A stretch of 64,000 nt of DNA, taken from the sequence record SRR20825006_727; one strand, 5' to 3'. Shown in pieces: positions 60,671 through 64,000 of the stretch. The translations under genes and the position numbers were made by a program. A model generated the notes under the pieces. That model was not told the origin of the DNA and did no database searches. It saw only the letters and a list, made by a program, of their open reading frames with translations. Position 1 is the stretch's first letter, and the number at the start of each line of letters is the position of its first letter.

Positions 60671-61786
60671 ATGAGTGAATTCGTTGTATCGGCAAGAAAA
60701 TATCGTCCGCAAACCTTTGATACGGTTGTCGGGCAACAGTCGATTACGTCTACGCTAAAAAATGCGATCAAAAATGATCATCTTGCACAAGCTTTTCTAT
60801 TCTGCGGTTCACGTGGAGTTGGAAAAACTTCATCCGCTAGAATTCTCGCCAAAACGATCAACTGTTTTAACAGAACTGAGGCTATTGAAGCGTGCGACAC
60901 CTGTGATTCTTGTACCTCTTTCAATTCTGGAGCTTCGTTAAACGTCTACGAATTAGATGCGGCATCGAACAACTCTGTTGAAGACATTCGAAATCTAATT
61001 GATCAGGTTAGAATCGCGCCACAGCTTGGAACACATAAAGTGTATATCATTGACGAGGTTCACATGCTCTCCACTGCGGCATTCAACGCATTTTTGAAGA
61101 CATTAGAAGAGCCACCGAAGCACGCTATTTTCATTTTAGCGACTACGGAAAAACATAAAATTATTCCTACCATTCTTTCGCGTTGTCAAATTTTCGATTT
61201 CAATAGAATTCGCGTAAAAGACATCGCAGAGCATTTGGCGTATATCTCGCAGCAAGAACAAATTTCTGCTGAACCAGATGCATTGCACATGATTGCCCAA
61301 AAAGCAGACGGAGCGTTGAGAGATGCCCTTTCGATTTTTGATCAGATTGTAACCTTCTCTGGGAATTCTGTGACGTATAACGACGTTATTGAAAATTTGA
61401 ATATTCTCGATTACGATTATTATTTCAGAATTGTTGAAAGTGCCCAAAAAGAGGATATTCCAGCAACGATGTTGTTACTCAACGACATTATCGAAAAAGG
61501 ATTTGATGCGCACAACTTTGTAGTTGGATTGGCGAATCACTACCGCAATTTATTGGTTTGCAAAGATGTTCGGACAGCAAAATTGCTTGAAGTAGGCGAA
61601 TCTATTCAGGAAAAATATGTCGAGCAATCCAAAGTAATCACTGGCGACAATATTCTGCGCTCGCTTGGAGTACTCAGTAAGACAGATGTCGACTATAAAG
61701 CCTCCAAGAATCAACGATTGCTGGTCGAAATGGCCCTCATGCAATTGTGTTCCATTTCAAAGGAGCTCGAAAAAAAAAATGGCTAA
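60671..61786 (+). CDS. dnaX: DNA polymerase III gamma/tau, N-terminal (gamma-length) frame
   Basis: SARKYRPQTF, GSRGVGKT, ELDAASN, IIDEVHML, TILSRC; stop 4 nt after the A10 run. Confidence 0.97.
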   Translation: MSEFVVSARKYRPQTFDTVVGQQSITSTLKNAIKNDHLAQAFLFCGSRGVGKTSSARILAKTINCFNRTEAIEACDTCDSCTSFNSGASLNVYELDAASNNSVEDIRNLIDQVRIAPQLGTHKVYIIDEVHMLSTAAFNAFLKTLEEPPKHAIFILATTEKHKIIPTILSRCQIFDFNRIRVKDIAEHLAYISQQEQISAEPDALHMIAQKADGALRDALSIFDQIVTFSGNSVTYNDVIENLNILDYDYYFRIVESAQKEDIPATMLLLNDIIEKGFDAHNFVVGLANHYRNLLVCKDVRTAKLLEVGESIQEKYVEQSKVITGDNILRSLGVLSKTDVDYKASKNQRLLVEMALMQLCSISKELEKKNG

Positions 61787-62400
61787 CGGATCCAGTTGAG
61801 ATCATTCCTTTTCCTAATCAAACTTTAAGAGATAAGGCACCAAAAGCAAAACCAGCAGCGCCATCCACTCCACCGAAGCAAGTTCAAACTGTTTTTGACC
61901 GCCCGCAACCCAAAGTGATGCTCGCTCCTAGCGGAAAATTGACTTCATCCACTCTTTCGATTAAGAAGATGATTGCGCCGAAAGTGAACGAAGATGGACT
62001 AGCGGTGGATCTCACAAACATGCCAATGAATGACTTCGATTTGGACGATTTCAAAATGGCTTGGCGAAGATATGCGCATATTTTAAAGGATAGAGGTGAA
62101 AAAACCTTTTACAACGCATTGATCAAACGCGATCCAATTCCGCAACCGAATCATCAGTTTATTTTGGAAGTGGACAATGAGGTTCAGGTAGATACGATCC
62201 GTTTGAAAATCTCTGAACTTCTCGGATATTTACGTGGTGAGTTAAAGAATCACGGAATTGATATCGAGCTGAAAATCACTACAAATCAGGAAAGTGAAAT
62301 AAAATTCCAAACTGGAAAGGACCGATTTGCTGCGCTTGCTAGAAAGAATCCAAATCTTCACGCGTTGAAGAAGATGTTTAATCTGGATATTGAGTTTTGA
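61770..62400 (+). CDS. dnaX: Probable tau C-terminal extension in the -1 frame, reached via the A10 run
   Basis: ORF 61747-62400 stays open across A10 (61770-61779); Pro-rich linker then a domain ending KNPNL..LKKMFNLDI. Confidence 0.75.
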
Positions 62401-62432
62401 AAGCCGCGTACTTTTCAATCTTCGCCGTTACT

Positions 62433-64000
62433 TTGAGAAAATTCATTTTAATTCGACCATACTTACTTGCCTTCATAGGATTCATAGGCATAATGTGTCA
62501 TTCTTTTGGTCAAACTGATCTTGGACCAACCTCAACTATTGATCAGGAATTACTTAATCATTTCATTCTTCAAGAAGTAAACAAATACAGAAAAGCCGTT
62601 AAAGCAGAACCGCTTGTAAATGAATCGCTTTTGTTTTTAGCAGCGAATGATCATTCTAACTATATGTTGGAGAAGAAAAAGGTAACGCATTATCAACGAA
62701 ATAAAATAAAGAAAACGCCCAAAAACCGCGTCGATTTTTACGGTGAACAGTTCGCCACTGTTGGAGAAAATGTTCAACAAAACAGTCTAAATTTGGGTTC
62801 AACCGCAAACGATAAAACACATCCTCTTGTTCACACGTACGAGCAATTGGCAGAAAAACTCGTTCTTGCTTGGCGAAATTCTCCTCCGCATTACGCCAAT
62901 ATGATCAGTGATAACTACTTGAACACTTACACTTCGATTTCAGTTTCAGAAAATGGTGAAGTCTACGCCTGTCAACTTTTTGGTGGTTCCGTATATCACG
63001 ATAAATACAAGGAATTTAATGACACTGTTCACTATAAACCAGATAATCCGCGTAAATGTCGGAGTTGTCGCTCACGTCCTCCAGTTGGATATGTAACTGT
63101 TCTCGCTGACAGCACCATCCTTTTCCAATATTCTATCCCAAAAATCAAGCTGCATTTCTCAAAATCCCGAATGCGTTTTTACAATCCTTGGAGAGATGGA
63201 CTCGCGGCTGACATTGTTGTGAAATCTCAATATTCATGCGACAGTAGCTCATATTCTAACGGTAAAACTGGAGTTTCAGGAATTCCACTAAAACCAGTTT
63301 ATAAAAAAGACTTTGGGTTTATTGGACTGAAAAGGACCTCTATTGTTTTGGGGAAAGTACCGGATTACATCGATGAAGAATTTGAAGTAAACTTGACTGT
63401 GATTCAGAATAAAAGAACCTGTGTTAATGTTGTTTATTACACTCAACCAGCACGTTTTAACGTTGAAATCCCTTTGGATTTAGGTCTGAATCAAGCAGAT
63501 ATTCTCCAAACCGAATTTATCTATGATACAATGTCTATCAAATTGTTTTTTGATAAGTCGATCACCACTTTAAGCGATAGTTCCTTAGTCCAGGTGACGG
63601 AATTGATTCACAAAAATGCTCCGATTGCCACTAAAATAGAACTTGCAGGTTTTGCGAGCATCGAAGGAAGCACTGAAAACAATATTGAGTTGTTTAAACG
63701 GAGAACGGAGTTACTTTTCGACCATCTGATTTCATTAGGCATCGACTCGAACAAGATTACGGCTAAATCCGAAGAGAACTTTACAGACTTTCGACAAGAC
63801 ATCAATGAAACGGAATTGGAGGATTGGAATCAACTTTCGGATTCCGAGTTAAAAAGTCGATTGCAAGACAAAAAACTCAGTGATTCACTTGAATTTCTGC
63901 TTAAAAATCATCGTTTTGTCGAATTGAGAATTGAAACAAAAAAGGAAGTCAGTCGAAAGTTTACAGGCAAAGAAATTCTTGCCCAGCTCCAGAAGAACAT
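62433..64000 (+). CDS. CAP (SCP) domain protein with OmpA-like domain, partial (runs off the right edge)
   Basis: Manual translation from TTG 62433: signal peptide, EVNKYR, AANDHSNYM, GENV, WRNSPPHYANM; in-frame GFASIEGSTENNIELFKRR near 63645. Confidence 0.8.
   Translation, partial: MRKFILIRPYLLAFIGFIGIMCHSFGQTDLGPTSTIDQELLNHFILQEVNKYRKAVKAEPLVNESLLFLAANDHSNYMLEKKKVTHYQRNKIKKTPKNRVDFYGEQFATVGENVQQNSLNLGSTANDKTHPLVHTYEQLAEKLVLAWRNSPPHYANMISDNYLNTYTSISVSENGEVYACQLFGGSVYHDKYKEFNDTVHYKPDNPRKCRSCRSRPPVGYVTVLADSTILFQYSIPKIKLHFSKSRMRFYNPWRDGLAADIVVKSQYSCDSSSYSNGKTGVSGIPLKPVYKKDFGFIGLKRTSIVLGKVPDYIDEEFEVNLTVIQNKRTCVNVVYYTQPARFNVEIPLDLGLNQADILQTEFIYDTMSIKLFFDKSITTLSDSSLVQVTELIHKNAPIATKIELAGFASIEGSTENNIELFKRRTELLFDHLISLGIDSNKITAKSEENFTDFRQDINETELEDWNQLSDSELKSRLQDKKLSDSLEFLLKNHRFVELRIETKKEVSRKFTGKEILAQLQKN

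Noticed and set aside
60671-62400. dnaX as a pseudogene
   Set aside because: Essential gene, both halves intact, and the break falls at a homopolymer near the gamma/tau boundary; recoding or a sequencing error is more likely
1-64000. tRNA, rRNA, IS element or prophage
   Set aside because: No cloverleaf, rRNA-like segment, transposase, integrase or phage structural gene recognised

Overview
AT-rich bacterial chromosome segment with Bacteroidota (probably Flavobacteriales-like) hallmarks: TAnnTTTG -7 promoter elements, T9SS C-terminal sorting domains, a TonB-dependent receptor, S16 with a long acidic tail, bshC and a Flavobacterial-type crtD. Housekeeping genes (rpsP-rimM-trmN6, kup, ABC-F, aroC, phosphohexomutase, bshC, cyclophilin, dnaX) alternate with accessory blocks. 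I found no rRNA, tRNA, CRISPR array, integrase or transposase. Best candidates for undescribed biology: (1) a tightly coupled three-gene operon at 15754-19796 (alpha/beta-hydrolase with an acidic insert carrying three Arg-Gly motifs, a C14 caspase-like protease, and a protein with a C-terminal HTH), possibly a protease-activated effector system; (2) an AAA+/DUF4143-type ATPase-nuclease gene plus a lipoprotein gene, bracketed by arrays of one 32-bp palindrome-containing repeat (45745-47536). Also notable: a T9SS-secreted lysyl-oxidase-like protein, a probable pseudo-dimeric PLP enzyme, dnaX split at an A10 run, an unannotated 51-aa ORF/terminator/ORF pair, REP-like elements and several apparently leaderless genes. 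All family calls come from motif recognition by eye; no searches were run.
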